DNA of 62,635 nt, the filler included, from Choristocarpus tenellus KU-1152 (lineage: Eukaryota > Protista > Phaeophyceae): assembly GCA_964200185.2 (NCBI GenBank). It is 6 parts of 6 records of this genome, joined end to end, with 100 filler letters (N's around TTAATTAATTAA, not from the genome) between each part and the next. Parts side by side here need not be neighbours in the genome. Positions count along the whole stretch, not along the records: positions 32,629 to 42,478 come from CAXNAD020003333.1; positions 42,579 to 54,831 come from CAXNAD020001910.1; 4 more parts are not named here. One strand, 5' to 3'. Position 1 is the stretch's first letter; every line of letters starts with the position of its first letter. Below the pieces are notes generated by a model, which worked only from the letters and a program-made list of their open reading frames with translations, had not been told where the DNA came from and did no database searches. The translations under genes were made by a program, and so were the position numbers. Of this stretch, positions 38,901-50,900 are shown one piece after another.

Positions 38901-41900
38901 ATCACTCTAACGGCTTTTGAAATGGTTCCTGAGATTGTTCTGTAACGTGGTCCAGTTATCCTTGTAGTGTGAGGGCATAACGCAGTGAGAGAAGTTCTAT
39001 CAAGTTTGTAGGGGATTTATTCCCTGGTGTTTCAACCCTAGAATATATTCATGCTCACTACATCAGACATTGCCTCTAGCTACTCCAACCATGTAAAGAG
39101 ACATATCGTGTAGGCTCACCTATGAACACACAAAAAGCTTGACCTGATCACATCACAAGAACAAGAGACTGTCGACCCTGAGCATCACTCGAAAAAAACC
39201 CAATTTTTGCGCACATTTGTCAGCGTCCTTAAAATCGAACTCTGGGTACCTCTTGTTTACTTTGATCCAGATGCATGCACTGATAACAAGTTACAGCAAG
39301 AGGTCTGAGCTTGTTATCCCTATTTCAGGCCCTAAATTAATGTCTCCTCTATTCTCATTCAAACTTATAGGGTCAACCTACACATCATTTACTGTCCACA
39401 CACGCACACACATACACAGTATGTGCACTTTTTATATTTATGAGACCATGCCTTTGTTGTGGAATGCTCAATCCTATACTATTGCTCATGAAACTCAATC
39501 ATAGCTGCAACATGAACTCGACTCGTTTTTCATTTGACCTTAGGCTGTCCTTGGGGGATTCTTGACAGAATCTGCTCCAAATCTCTTAGAGGTTGCTGAT
39601 CCACTGGTTGCTGCATCTGTTAAAATCTACGAGAGGATTGCCACAGATCTCCTTCCCACCCCCACAAAGAGTCATTATACCTTCAATCTTCGAGATCTTT
39701 CCAAGGTATGTAACTAAATCTGCAATAATCTAATTATCCCTGGGAAGTCAGGGCTAACATAATAGTGGAGGTATCCATCCCGATATATTGCAATCAGACG
39801 AAACACGGAAGCCAATGCAAGGTCCTTCCTCATTTCTGCACCTACACCGACCCTTTCTATCATAGATGGGGGTATATTAACTCCCTTTCAATTTTTTTCA
39901 TCTTTAAACCTTCTACCTGACTCCCCATTCCCATCCCTGAAATGCAGTCAACCCCATTAGGTGAGTTTGGCTGTAGAAGAGAAGAGCAGCACTGGTCCAC
40001 ACAATTACAAAATCAACCTACCTTAGGAGTGCTAGAAGTGCAAGTACTAGAAAGCATTAACAGGAACCTCCAATATTCACAGACGATCTTATCTAGAAGG
40101 GATGGTTCACTCACTTTCTCTCTCACCAACTGGAGTAGTGCTTCAGGGTCGATTGTGTATTAGTATTTTTTGTACAGTATGAATCACATCTACACCCTTC
40201 AAGGCTCAAAGTGTCTGGGGGCGAGGGGGTGGTCTACACCAGGGTGTCCATTCGGGCCCTTACCAGGAGAAGCACTTACATTATCCATCCGACACATGCA
40301 ACCAATCACCCAAAATCACAATATGAACAAATGGGCCCCGAATGGACAGCCACCCTGCCCCCGCCCCCCAATACTTTGAGCCTCTAACGCTACTGACTTT
40401 GTCAACTGGGTATGATATGCCTTGTTTATCACCTTTCTTCTGTTATCTTGCCTTGTCAAATGCTTACACTTATGAAACTCAAAGTACTTACGTGCAACCA
40501 TGGCATTCCTCAGGTTTTCCAGGGGTTGCTAATGGTCCCTCCAGAGCATTGCAATGACAAAAATAAACTTCTCCTTGTATGGTGCCATGAAGAGAGTAGG
40601 GTATTCCGGGACCGCCTGATATCAGAAGAGGATCGTTGCTGGTTCAATACAGCGCTCAAGGTGGGAGCAGGGCCAAGGGACTAGTTATCACTTACATTCG
40701 TTCTTCCTTAATTTCTTGTTAGACCTGTAGGGTGGACAAGAAATCATTTCTACAGGTATGCCAAAGCCTTCCTGTATACGTTTGCTCTGTTGCCAAATTG
40801 GAAAAAAACGTCGGATCCTTCATCAACATTACTATCCAATTGTTCTGCCTTGGGACTGCACCCCTCCCAAGACGACCCCAAACTGGGAGAGATAGATAGT
40901 GTTGTGCAATAATCCCTCGGGGATCACGCCCAATTACACCCACTCTGATGTCTTGTACATATTCACCTTGACCCTTCTTGTGCCATGTCTGCCTGCAACA
41001 CATACCAATGCACGATCTAGGATATCCTCAGGGAGTATTTGGACGAGGATTGGGAGATCACATATTTTGCAGAGTTGCTATTCGGTGACTACCTCTCACG
41101 GGAAGATAAGGCAAGTGAGTGGCAGTGGATGCTTAGAACTATTATATGAAGCTGTAGGGATAGGGATGTTGAAGCAGCTGTAGAGGATTGGGAGTGAACT
41201 CAGACAAAAAGATCAGAGAAGTGCATAGCAGGGGGCTGAAAAGATGAAATGAATATCAAATGATGTGAATACCAGAACGTTAGAGCCTATATGAAATCGT
41301 TTCGCATATTCCTGGTATTTCCAGATAGCATTCTGTAACTCTTGGGAATGTTGTTTCACCGCAAGGAAGAAAATGCCTCAGATCAACCCCTCCTTGGCAC
41401 CTGTAACTTACACACTTGCTCAAACCCTGCCCACAACAGAACACTTTCTCTCCCCCTTGTCCCGTCTCATCACTCTCAACGTTGCAGGTGTATCAACCAA
41501 TAAATGACAGAGAGCACCTGGGAGAGCTCTTGAAAGAATATCTAGAGGAATACAACATGGAGTTCCCGAGTCAAATGCATCTCGTGTTCTTCGCTGATGC
41601 TGTTGCTCATGTCAGTCGTATCTGCCGTGTACTAAGGCAGCCACGTGGCAATGCTCTTCTTGTTGGAGTCGGAGGTCAGAGGAATTTTCTTCTTGCTAGG
41701 GAGAAAAAAATGTATGGGCTTAGTGCAAAGTCCTGGGATTCAAGTGGGGCAATTCAAACAAGAATATAGGAATTTAGAGCTCATTTTGTCCAGCTACCAA
41801 ACAGAGATGCCGATGCAATCTTGTATTGCATGATGTTCTCGACTGAGCACTGCAAAAGTAGAAATTAATAATAGCGACGATGTTTATAGTATTGAATCTT

Positions 41901-42312
41901 GTCCAAGAATGACCCTATGAAACAAACGTATACAACCACTGCTCCACAGATAAATACCCAAATCAAATTGAGGAACGAGATTTTCACCAAATGAAACATC
42001 AGATCAATAGTTCATGCATACTTGGGCGTAAGCTCACTCACAGTTTCCATACAACACATTTGTTTGTTGCACCTTTGTCCAGGTTCTGGAAGGCAGTCTT
42101 TGACACGCCTATCTGCCTTTGTTGCGGGTTACAAATGCGTTAGTATTGAGATAACACGTGGGTATGGAATATCAGAGTTTCACGATGACCTGAAGGTTGT
42201 GTTGATGACAGCTGGAGCCGAAAACGTCCCAACAGTCTTTCTGTTCAGCGACACCCAGATAGTTGAGGAGGGGTTCCTTGAGGACCTCAACAATGTACTC
42301 AATTCCGGGGAG
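32995..42312 (+). CDS. Axonemal dynein heavy chain, partial (AAA2-AAA4 region; DNAH6/inner-arm-like)
   Basis: Exons 32995-33181, 33650-33816, 34303-34449, 34551-34753, 35591-35762, 36564-36694, 37143-37320, 37695-37841, 38264-38452, 39544-39705, 40514-40660, 41021-41110, 41488-41674, 42083-42312. P-loops [25 protein letters not shown]; motifs [92 protein letters not shown]. Confidence 0.95.
39200..39268 (+). mobile_element. MITE family C, right-arm fragment
   Basis: TGTCAGCGTCCTTAAAATCGAACTCTGGGTACCTCTTGTTTACTTTG matches the family C 3' arm. Confidence 0.65.
40203..40382 (+). mobile_element. MITE family B in a dynein intron
   Basis: GGCTCAAAGTGTCTGGGGG...AATACTTTGAGCC. Confidence 0.85.
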
Positions 42313-42424
42313 GTGAGATGTATATCCCTATTAATAGTGCAGCTAGGTACTCTCAACATGAGAATCATAATGCAAGAAAATGTAGAGAAAGAGTTGCGCC
42401 TCACCAAAATAATGACGAATGTAA

Positions 42425-42478
42425 GAGCCAATATATTATCTTAGAGGGTAGAGCCGCGTCCATTTGGGGGTCAAAATA
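42425..42478 (+). mobile_element. MITE family A, truncated by contig end
   Basis: TATCTTAGAGGGTAGAGCCGCGTCCATTTGGGGGTCAAAAT, near-identical to the start of the 5759 copy. Confidence 0.8.
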
Positions 42479-42578
42479 NNNNNNNNNNNNNNNNNNNNNN
42501 NNNNNNNNNNNNNNNNNNNNNNTTAATTAATTAANNNNNNNNNNNNNNNNNNNNNNNNNNNNNNNNNNNNNNNNNNNN
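42479..42578. other. Artificial contig linker
   Basis: Same 100-bp structure. Confidence 0.98.
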
Positions 42579-42768
42579 GTTTCGGTGCCCTCCACAAGCA
42601 CCGAAATAGTTTTGAACAAAAAATATATCCCATTCAAAAAGGGGCCCTTAAAAAGTGCCACAATATCTACAAAAAAAGAATATCGGCACTTTTTTCGCAC
42701 CATTTTGGGTCATGCTCCATCCTCAATAGTACACGCTTCATCCTCAATTTTTAAAATCCCCTGTTAAA
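42579..42768 (-). repeat. Dispersed repeat family D, cut by contig start
   Basis: CGGTGCCCTCCACAAGCACCGAAAT...CCTCAATTTT...CTGTTAAA, the reverse complement of 32341-32468. Confidence 0.75.
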
Positions 42769-44917
42769 CGAAGGTGGGCATATTGTATTTTTTTTCGACT
42801 GGCGCATGGTGTAACATATTATAATAACGAAATTACTCTGTAGTATGACCAAGCGGGGCATGGGACAGAGATATGGGGCAAAAAGCCAAAAAAGAACAAA
42901 AATGACCCAGGACGGATGTGAACTACATTGTGGGATTTTGGCACATCATGAAGCTAAGAAGACTACACCGTAACATTAAGTCTCTTGATCAAAGCAAGTG
43001 CAGATGAGGCAACCACTTGTATGTTATATCAAAGTCGTGCAGCATGCCAACAGAATGAATACATGCTAAGGAGTCCTGGACTGGTATCTGATTCGCCAGT
43101 TCGATTACTGATGATATATATATATACTTTGATGTATACAAGGAGTATGCTTAAAGTACCATGTCACAAGGGACAACCGACTGTCTGCATGGTCCACCCC
43201 TGACTCTTGAAGTACTTTGTCTTCTATGCAACCAAAAGGACCGCACACATCAAAGTGTGCATATCCTCCTGCTGAACAGGCTCCAATCCTTACACCAGGT
43301 CAGTGTAGGCAATCAATGTAAACCTTGAGAAAGGACCTTAAGAAACTCATTCCCCTTACCTAATTACCATATGGTATGATTGCAGGAACTTTATAGTCAC
43401 AAAAACAGCATGCATGGTTGTTTGATAGGGGGCCTGCTGAGGATAGGGTGTATGGTACAGTCTTCTCCGTTTCTTCTTTTTTTTTCTCTGCAATTCTGTA
43501 AATACACATCCGAACAGGACTTTGCTCTCCGTCCCTGAATTTTTAGAAAATTGAATAAAAATTTTAGTTCTCCACGCATGGATGATTTCAAGTACTACAA
43601 ACCATTGCTGAATCATTTTTTTGGAGAACGTCCTCAACCATTCATCCTGTGTCGGGTACCAATCTGGCGATCTCTCTTTGCCTTACCGGCTTGTTGAAAC
43701 TTGAAAAAAAGTCATTTCTTGCCAGAGATACATACAAAAATATTTGAAAAAAATTGTGTCCTACTTTTATTGTTTCATGAGTTACACGTACAATAGTTCA
43801 AGCAAAGGGCGAAGCCTTCCTCACCAATCTGATTGGTGTATTGAAGTTCGTTGTCATCCACATGTGAATAGTAAAAAATGAGTGAGCCTGAGTACACCAG
43901 TCATGGGAGTATTTTAGTATGATGGTCAAGAGAGGAGCACTAAACGGCAGTAGAAAGTATCACACACCAGAATATGGTTGGTGACGTGATAAGCTCTTCA
44001 CCATCGCATTCTTTTAGCTGTTCTATAATGCTTCGAGCTCAGTCATGTTTTTTCATTGGAGGATTGACACAAGATGACCACGTTTTGCTACATGTGCATT
44101 AAGTAGCCTGATCATGAATCGTACACAAGTCTGACAGAGTATCACTATGAAAGCACTCATCTATACCAGCCGATACCATTCTTGTAATGCACTGATTGTT
44201 TGAAGTGGGGATGAGGGCATCATCCCCTAATTGTGTCTGCCTGAAGTGTGGGATCAAACTAAATTATTTGTTTCATATGTTCTCCAACTAAACAATTATG
44301 CAATGGTTCTGGAGTTCTCTAAACTTCTACTACTACAGCTATTAGTACTGGATGCCAGTGATACTAACAAATGGGGGTAAGGTTCTACCTGTCCACCAAC
44401 GTGTGTGCTCCTAATCACAGCACCTCCCAAATAAAATGCACAAGAAATCTTCAGTCATGTTTGGTGAGGCGAGCACATGTCTAAAGATTCTCTGTATGTT
44501 TGAATCGCCTCTTGAGAACTATGTGCTTTGCCGGAGACGATACCAAGATAAACTGAAGCATACTATGGTTCTATTCTGTGGTGCGTTCAATCTCCACGTA
44601 CACTCATGGACAGAGGACCTTGCATGGCAAGGATACCTCAAGAATGGTCCTATGACGTTCACCAATGCGTACTCAGTGTGTTGCGTCTCCTCTCCTCACC
44701 TCAGCAAAGATGAGTCCATCATGAAGGGCAATGCATTCCAGTAATTGAGGAAGATTATTCCCCCCAATGATTGCTGTGTCTTATCTTGGCGACCTGTCCA
44801 CTGATGATGCACCAAGTGCTTCAAACCACACTGTACTTATGCTAAGATCAGGGAATGCAAATCGCAAGAGACTGGTCCTATACTATCCCCGTTTCAATAC
44901 CAGACTGCTCTCAACCC

Positions 44918-47900
44918 TCACGCTGCAATGGAAAGGAGAAGTGCAACGCCCCTCTTTGTCCAGAACTCTGCAGGGTGCCTACCAGACTTGAGGTCGGCTG
45001 CAATAACAAATGATGGTCGCTCTCGGCTTCCTGTCCTGAGGGGATACATATATGTTGGGCAGATATACATGCCTTTCGAAGCCTTCTTCTTGCTCTCAAC
45101 AGGCTGGAGAAGAAGAACGGAAAATGTGACAATAGTTAGAATAGTGAGGTGATAGGTCGTGTTGGGTATGTATCAAAAGTGAGATGTACTATATGAGTTC
45201 CTTCAGAGAGTTTTTATATATTTTTTTCTTTGCTGATGCAAACCTGTGTACCCCATCTAGCCAAGCCAAAGATGGTAAACTTAAGCAAGCACATGGGCAG
45301 GAACGGAGCTCCAACCATTGCTTTGCCCCTCAAGAGTGTGCATGCTATGAGATTCTAGCCAGAAGAGAGCATGTACCTTAAAGTGTATCACAGGCATAGA
45401 GAAAAACAGTTCCATTGCCAACGGTTCTTCTAGACAGCCCTCGGTCTTGTTCCATCTTGCCCCCTCCAGGAACAATCCATCGCAGTATGCTCCCTCTTTT
45501 GCAGGACTGGGGGAGTGAATGCATTGTCGGGAAAAATGGGATGGCTTGGCATTCAATTTTTTCTCATCAAGTCTAGGAGCCTTCTGGTGTATAGTTCACA
45601 ACAAAACTTCCAAGTACTCCGGAGTAGTTTGAAATGTGCTGGTAAGGCTTACAGGGGTTGGTTAGAATGAAAGACGTTGGAGGTATTTTGGTGTATCAGG
45701 CAGAACAATGGGAGAGGATTGGAATATCTGCTGTGCAAACTGTAGTTGCTGAAAAAACAACAAAGTGCCCAACTTGAAAGCAGTTAATTTTCTCGTAATA
45801 TATCCAGCATTATCCACTATGTGTTCATGTGGTGTACTGGTCATCAGTCTTCATTCACTCTGTAGACATTCACCTCCTACATTCTGTGCTATAGACGAAC
45901 CCTAGAGCTCTACTCTAAGTTGAGATAGGGGAATTACCTGCTGATGAGAGTTGCGTCTTGACCTAGGACCGAAAACTCCCAGCTCAGGGTGTCAATGGCT
46001 ATTCCGTTCTTCCTTGCACTGGTTTGTAGCAAGGCTGTCAAGAAACCTAAAATATCAGACAGGGAGGCGATTACTCGTTGAGGTGGGGTCAACCTTAAGT
46101 AGAGGAGGGCATGTCTGTAGTCACCACCATGGAGTAAGAAGCTGAAGGGCACAAACATGAGACTTACATAAGGGGTTACCTGTTCCATTATCTGCTCTTC
46201 ATGTACACATGTCTACATAAACAGGTTTGCATGGCACACAATTCTGTCTGGTGCAAACAATTGCTACAAGAATGGTATATAAAACTTTGTGTGTTCAAGA
46301 TATTTCTCAGCAAGCAAGAGCGATAAATGTGCCTAGGGTTGCGCTGCTTCGTGCATCAGGTCGTCTTTTAGCCTTGGCAAAGGTGCATACTTAAACATGA
46401 CTGCAGATAGAAGGTTTAACAATTTTGCTTCAAGGCGGTTAAAGTTCATCAGCGTGGGCCGTCTCTCAATAGTGCAATACACTTTCACACCACATTTCTC
46501 TTTTGTTCAAGCTGCAATATATACACCAACGTGATATCTGCAGGGTATTTCCGAAGAACTTGAGAAAGTATCAAAGTATCAATGTATCAATGTATCAATG
46601 ATATGGAGGTCACCTGTAACGGTTTATTGAAAAAGCCAAACGAAGTGACACTCTCTTGCTCACCGGTAGGGTATGTCATGCCAGGTAACCAGAAAACCTT
46701 AGGCATTGCAGTCATTGCCCACTCCCGGATTTGCTCGGCTCTCATTCCCAAATCTCGCATCCATGATCCGAGGGCCTTGAGGGACGGATAACACTTCGAC
46801 CAGATTCGTGGTACCTAGGAGCAAGTGGCAGGTAGAAGGGGGGGTGGAGGGTATGGAGAAGATATATGTGAAATCGGTGGTCCATTTGAATATAGCAGTC
46901 TAATGAAAAATTAAAACTTCTGGTTTGTTTTACTATTTACATGCAAATGGCTAGGGATATGAAAACACACATCACTAGCAATAAGTGTTGATACAACAGA
47001 GCTGTTCTTGTGGAAGTGTGCTAAGTTTTTCATGTGAGGCTTCGGAACCAATTTGTTGTGGTAAAGGGCACTATCTTTGTTGATTTTGTCTAGGTATGGG
47101 CACAACGAGGGATATACATCAAAGCAAAGGAACAGAGACTCCGATGTATGCTTGGTCATCTGGTCATGGGCCACAACTTGCTGGACACAGTTCAGGCACC
47201 ACCATAATCTTAGGTTTTGTAGAGAGGAATTCTTGATTGCGTGTTCAGAGGGATGTATGAAATGTAGATGCACCCGTTGCTGTTATCCCAAGTTTGTAGT
47301 CCTTGGTTGTATGAAGGAGCTCCTGCCCACCTCAAAAGAGTGACTGAGACGAGGAATACATCTATGATGCATCTCAAACATATTGTAGAATACATTAAGC
47401 TTTGCTATATTCCAGACGGCAATAGCTCATATCAGAGAACGTATGGCAATAAGGATGCCAAACAATGTGTATTGTGCCTATTTGGATCATCATCTACTTC
47501 AAGAACGCAACTGCCGTTATGCAGGATAAAATGTTCATTGCGGTGCCTTGTAAGATGCTTTCATTGTGCATGCCTATGTTTAACAATAGGTGTGTTCCCT
47601 TGACTTTTTTTTACCAGTGACATCAACAGCTGGCACCCTATAATTGGTCCTGCGTTGCATCATCTATCATCCTTCCCTGTCACTTGAAGATCGGCTACAC
47701 TCTTGACATCAAAATTCTATAGTCCACTCTTCACATCCTTAGTCAGCGAGCAGGGACGGCCGATCCCCTGCCTCTCACATGTTGAAACACCAACTTGTCA
47801 TCATCCATACTAATTGCTATAGAATCCTTATTCATATCCAGCACATTAATGGTTTCTTCTTTCTATTAATCTTTAACTTCCTGACACAACACAAAGCACT

Positions 47901-50900
47901 ACTTCTGTGTGGTCTCAACCCATGCTAATATGAGAAGAATATCAGACATGAATGTTTCCAAGCAGGCTAATTAACTTATGGGTTGGTGTTTTCAAGAAAA
48001 TATACATATAATCTTAAGCAATTCATGGACTGTTCAGAGCAAATGCACCTCAATAGTGAAATGATTTCCCAATATTTTACAGAGCAATTTTCGGCAAGTT
48101 CAGCCAAAGATAAAAATATTTTTTCTTTTGCCAAGTTTGTTGTACTTCGTAGCAAAATAGTGTTTTGTGAAACTCAGTCATCCCAAATTGAGCATTACAC
48201 TTCAAAACAACAACATTGAATATACGGATTGAACCAGGAGTAATATGGAAAGGGATCTTTGCATCTACACAATCTCTACTGACCTTGAACTCGAGTAGAG
48301 CCTCAATGACCTCCTCTAACTCGGGAGTGACAATGACAAGCCCCTTAACGGCTTTCTTGAGGTCCCTGAGCTGTGAGTGTAGGCTAACCAGAAGTGAGTT
48401 ATATCTCTCGGCCTCCTGCATCAGCACTGTTTTCATTGGATCCGGGTCTGACCTTGACTGCATTGTGTTTTTTATCTCCTGAACATAAGAGTATGCGAGT
48501 GCTCAATGTTGGTCAAGGAAGAAAATATAGGAATTTGGCAGGTGTTCTTTATTGTATCTGCTCCGGCTTATCGCTTAAACTACAAAATTTCGGTATTCCA
48601 AGTACTATGAACACGCTTTTTGTGAACTGCCATCCTGTGCAGCAAACCGTGCCCTCAGTTGTCTACTAATTTTCCACTCTGTGTCAGATATGATGGGGTG
48701 CATTTTTTGGACTCCTTACTCAGTGCAACTAACACGAAATCGCCTTCCGCTGACCTGCTTCAAAGCTTATTTGACCAAAAATTGTTTGTCGAGAAACGTC
48801 CTGAAAGGATACACTTTGAAACACCCAACAATTCTTGCAACCGGATTACTTTTCTTGTTTCATAGCAGCTCCAGAATTCCCAAACTAAATGTCGTTAATA
48901 TCTACTTTGGAGTATGTACAAGTGGTACCAACTGAAAATGGTTAGAGTACAAATTTCAATTCCTTCAAGTTAAGTTTCTTGATCAAATAGAGTAGATATG
49001 CCTTTCATTGATCCCTCACTTTACCAAAGAGAAATCATAGGGGTACTTCTCTCTGGTCAGACTTCACTAGAACTCCAACCCCTTTACGGCAATGTGTAAC
49101 TGTCAAAGGCTCAATAGTTAAACACCTCCATATGTGAATGGTAAGCAATAGGAGGGACATTTCGATGTAGCACTTCAACCTTAGTTTAATATTTCCTTAC
49201 ATTTCTTCCTCTGACTTAGCCTAGAGCTGTCAAAGATTTGTTGCTCCTAGACCACAAAACTCTATTGAGTTCCACAACTGTCTAAGATAGTGTAGAGGTA
49301 TCCTTCAAAGATCTGCACAAAATTGTTACTCCATGCTCGTAGTACATTTCACCCAGCCGTCGGTATTAGACACCCACAACCCTGACTCAATTCATGCTGT
49401 AGGGATTTCCGCATTCAATGAGAGTAACCATGACTTCAGCAGGACTTCACAACAAGAATTAGCACCACCAGCAGATCCTCAACAGTCTTACATGCTTGCG
49501 GCAACTTCAGAATAAGAGGGTGAATAAATGAGGCGTCAAGCACTCCAAGAGTCTCCTGCATTTCCTCAGTCATCAATCTCATGGCGTACATATTTTCTAT
49601 ATAGACCATTTTAACAGACCCTTTGCCACACTATGCCATGCTCCTTCGGCGTCTTGCCTTGATGTTGAACGGTTTTGGGACTTGCTCTGCTAGGCTGTCT
49701 GCCTGTCGTAAAACAATGTCCTCATTAGACTCACCGCCTTCAACTGACGCCTTTGGTTGTAAGGAAATCTGTGGGAACAAAAGTGTGAGGTGATGTGACG
49801 TTGGTTTCCCAGAACCAATATTGTAGAGGTGCAGATATGCAGACATGACTTTCTCACAATGTGGAAGGCTGGCGATCCTGTCCAATGGTAGAAAGATCAT
49901 CAATTGCTTGATAAAGAGCTCTTCCTAGACCTGGATCATTCTTCCCTTTAATATGTACTTAGGTGTAGCTTTAGTTAATAACTTTCTGAGACATCTCAAA
50001 TGGCTTCAAGAGTGGAGAAAATTTTGATTTGTATTTTGGAATGTTCATTCAGCCATGTCTTGGAAAAAATCACATAGTGAGCCAGGTTTGTGCTCTAATA
50101 TTTTCAGAAGCTGAGGTTTCAGCCATACAACAGAGTGACAAGATATTTCCAATTGATATACATGCCCACCATGGTCCCCAATAGGTTGTTGGTGTCCTCG
50201 ATCAGGCTGGCAATATCTGCGTTACCATGCTGCCCGAATGCAGCTGGGTGATCTGTCTTAGGAAGGCCTAGTATGAAATCCTGCGAACACACATGCACCC
50301 AACAGTGTGAGGCCCCAGGAAAGTGGTGAATGGATGCGAATGAAGTGCATATTCCACTGTCATATCACTCAGCTAGTTTTACTTCGTATTCAATGACATA
50401 GCACAGTGAGCACCCAAGAAAAGAGACACTTGCTGTGTTGCGGAAATCTCTCAACCTTGTAGGTTGTTATGTCACCATCTCCAGGAACAAAATACTCCTT
50501 GAGCTCCGACAAGAGGTATTCAGGTTCCTCCACCACTGCATCGCAGAAAAACTGGTTGATGTACACATTCACGAGTCTGGGCCAGCAATTAATGCAGGAT
50601 GAACAACCAACAATGCAGTTAACCAGGGAAACTTAGATCAATTGTGGGTGCTGCTACAATGTGGCTCTTGTCGTCCTGATTGACAGCAGGGGAAATGATC
50701 TATTCCATGATTGGGAGCATTCCAGGTTGAGGTCTTTTCTCACGTACAATGAGTTGTTGGCTAACTCTTCAGGATGATCGACAAACTGAAAACTCATTCA
50801 GCAATGATCCATATCGTGAACAAGGTAAAACCCACCAATAATACTTATGTAGCAAAAGAACTTCTCCTGCGGACTGGAACAATACTTCATTTGTTAGCGC

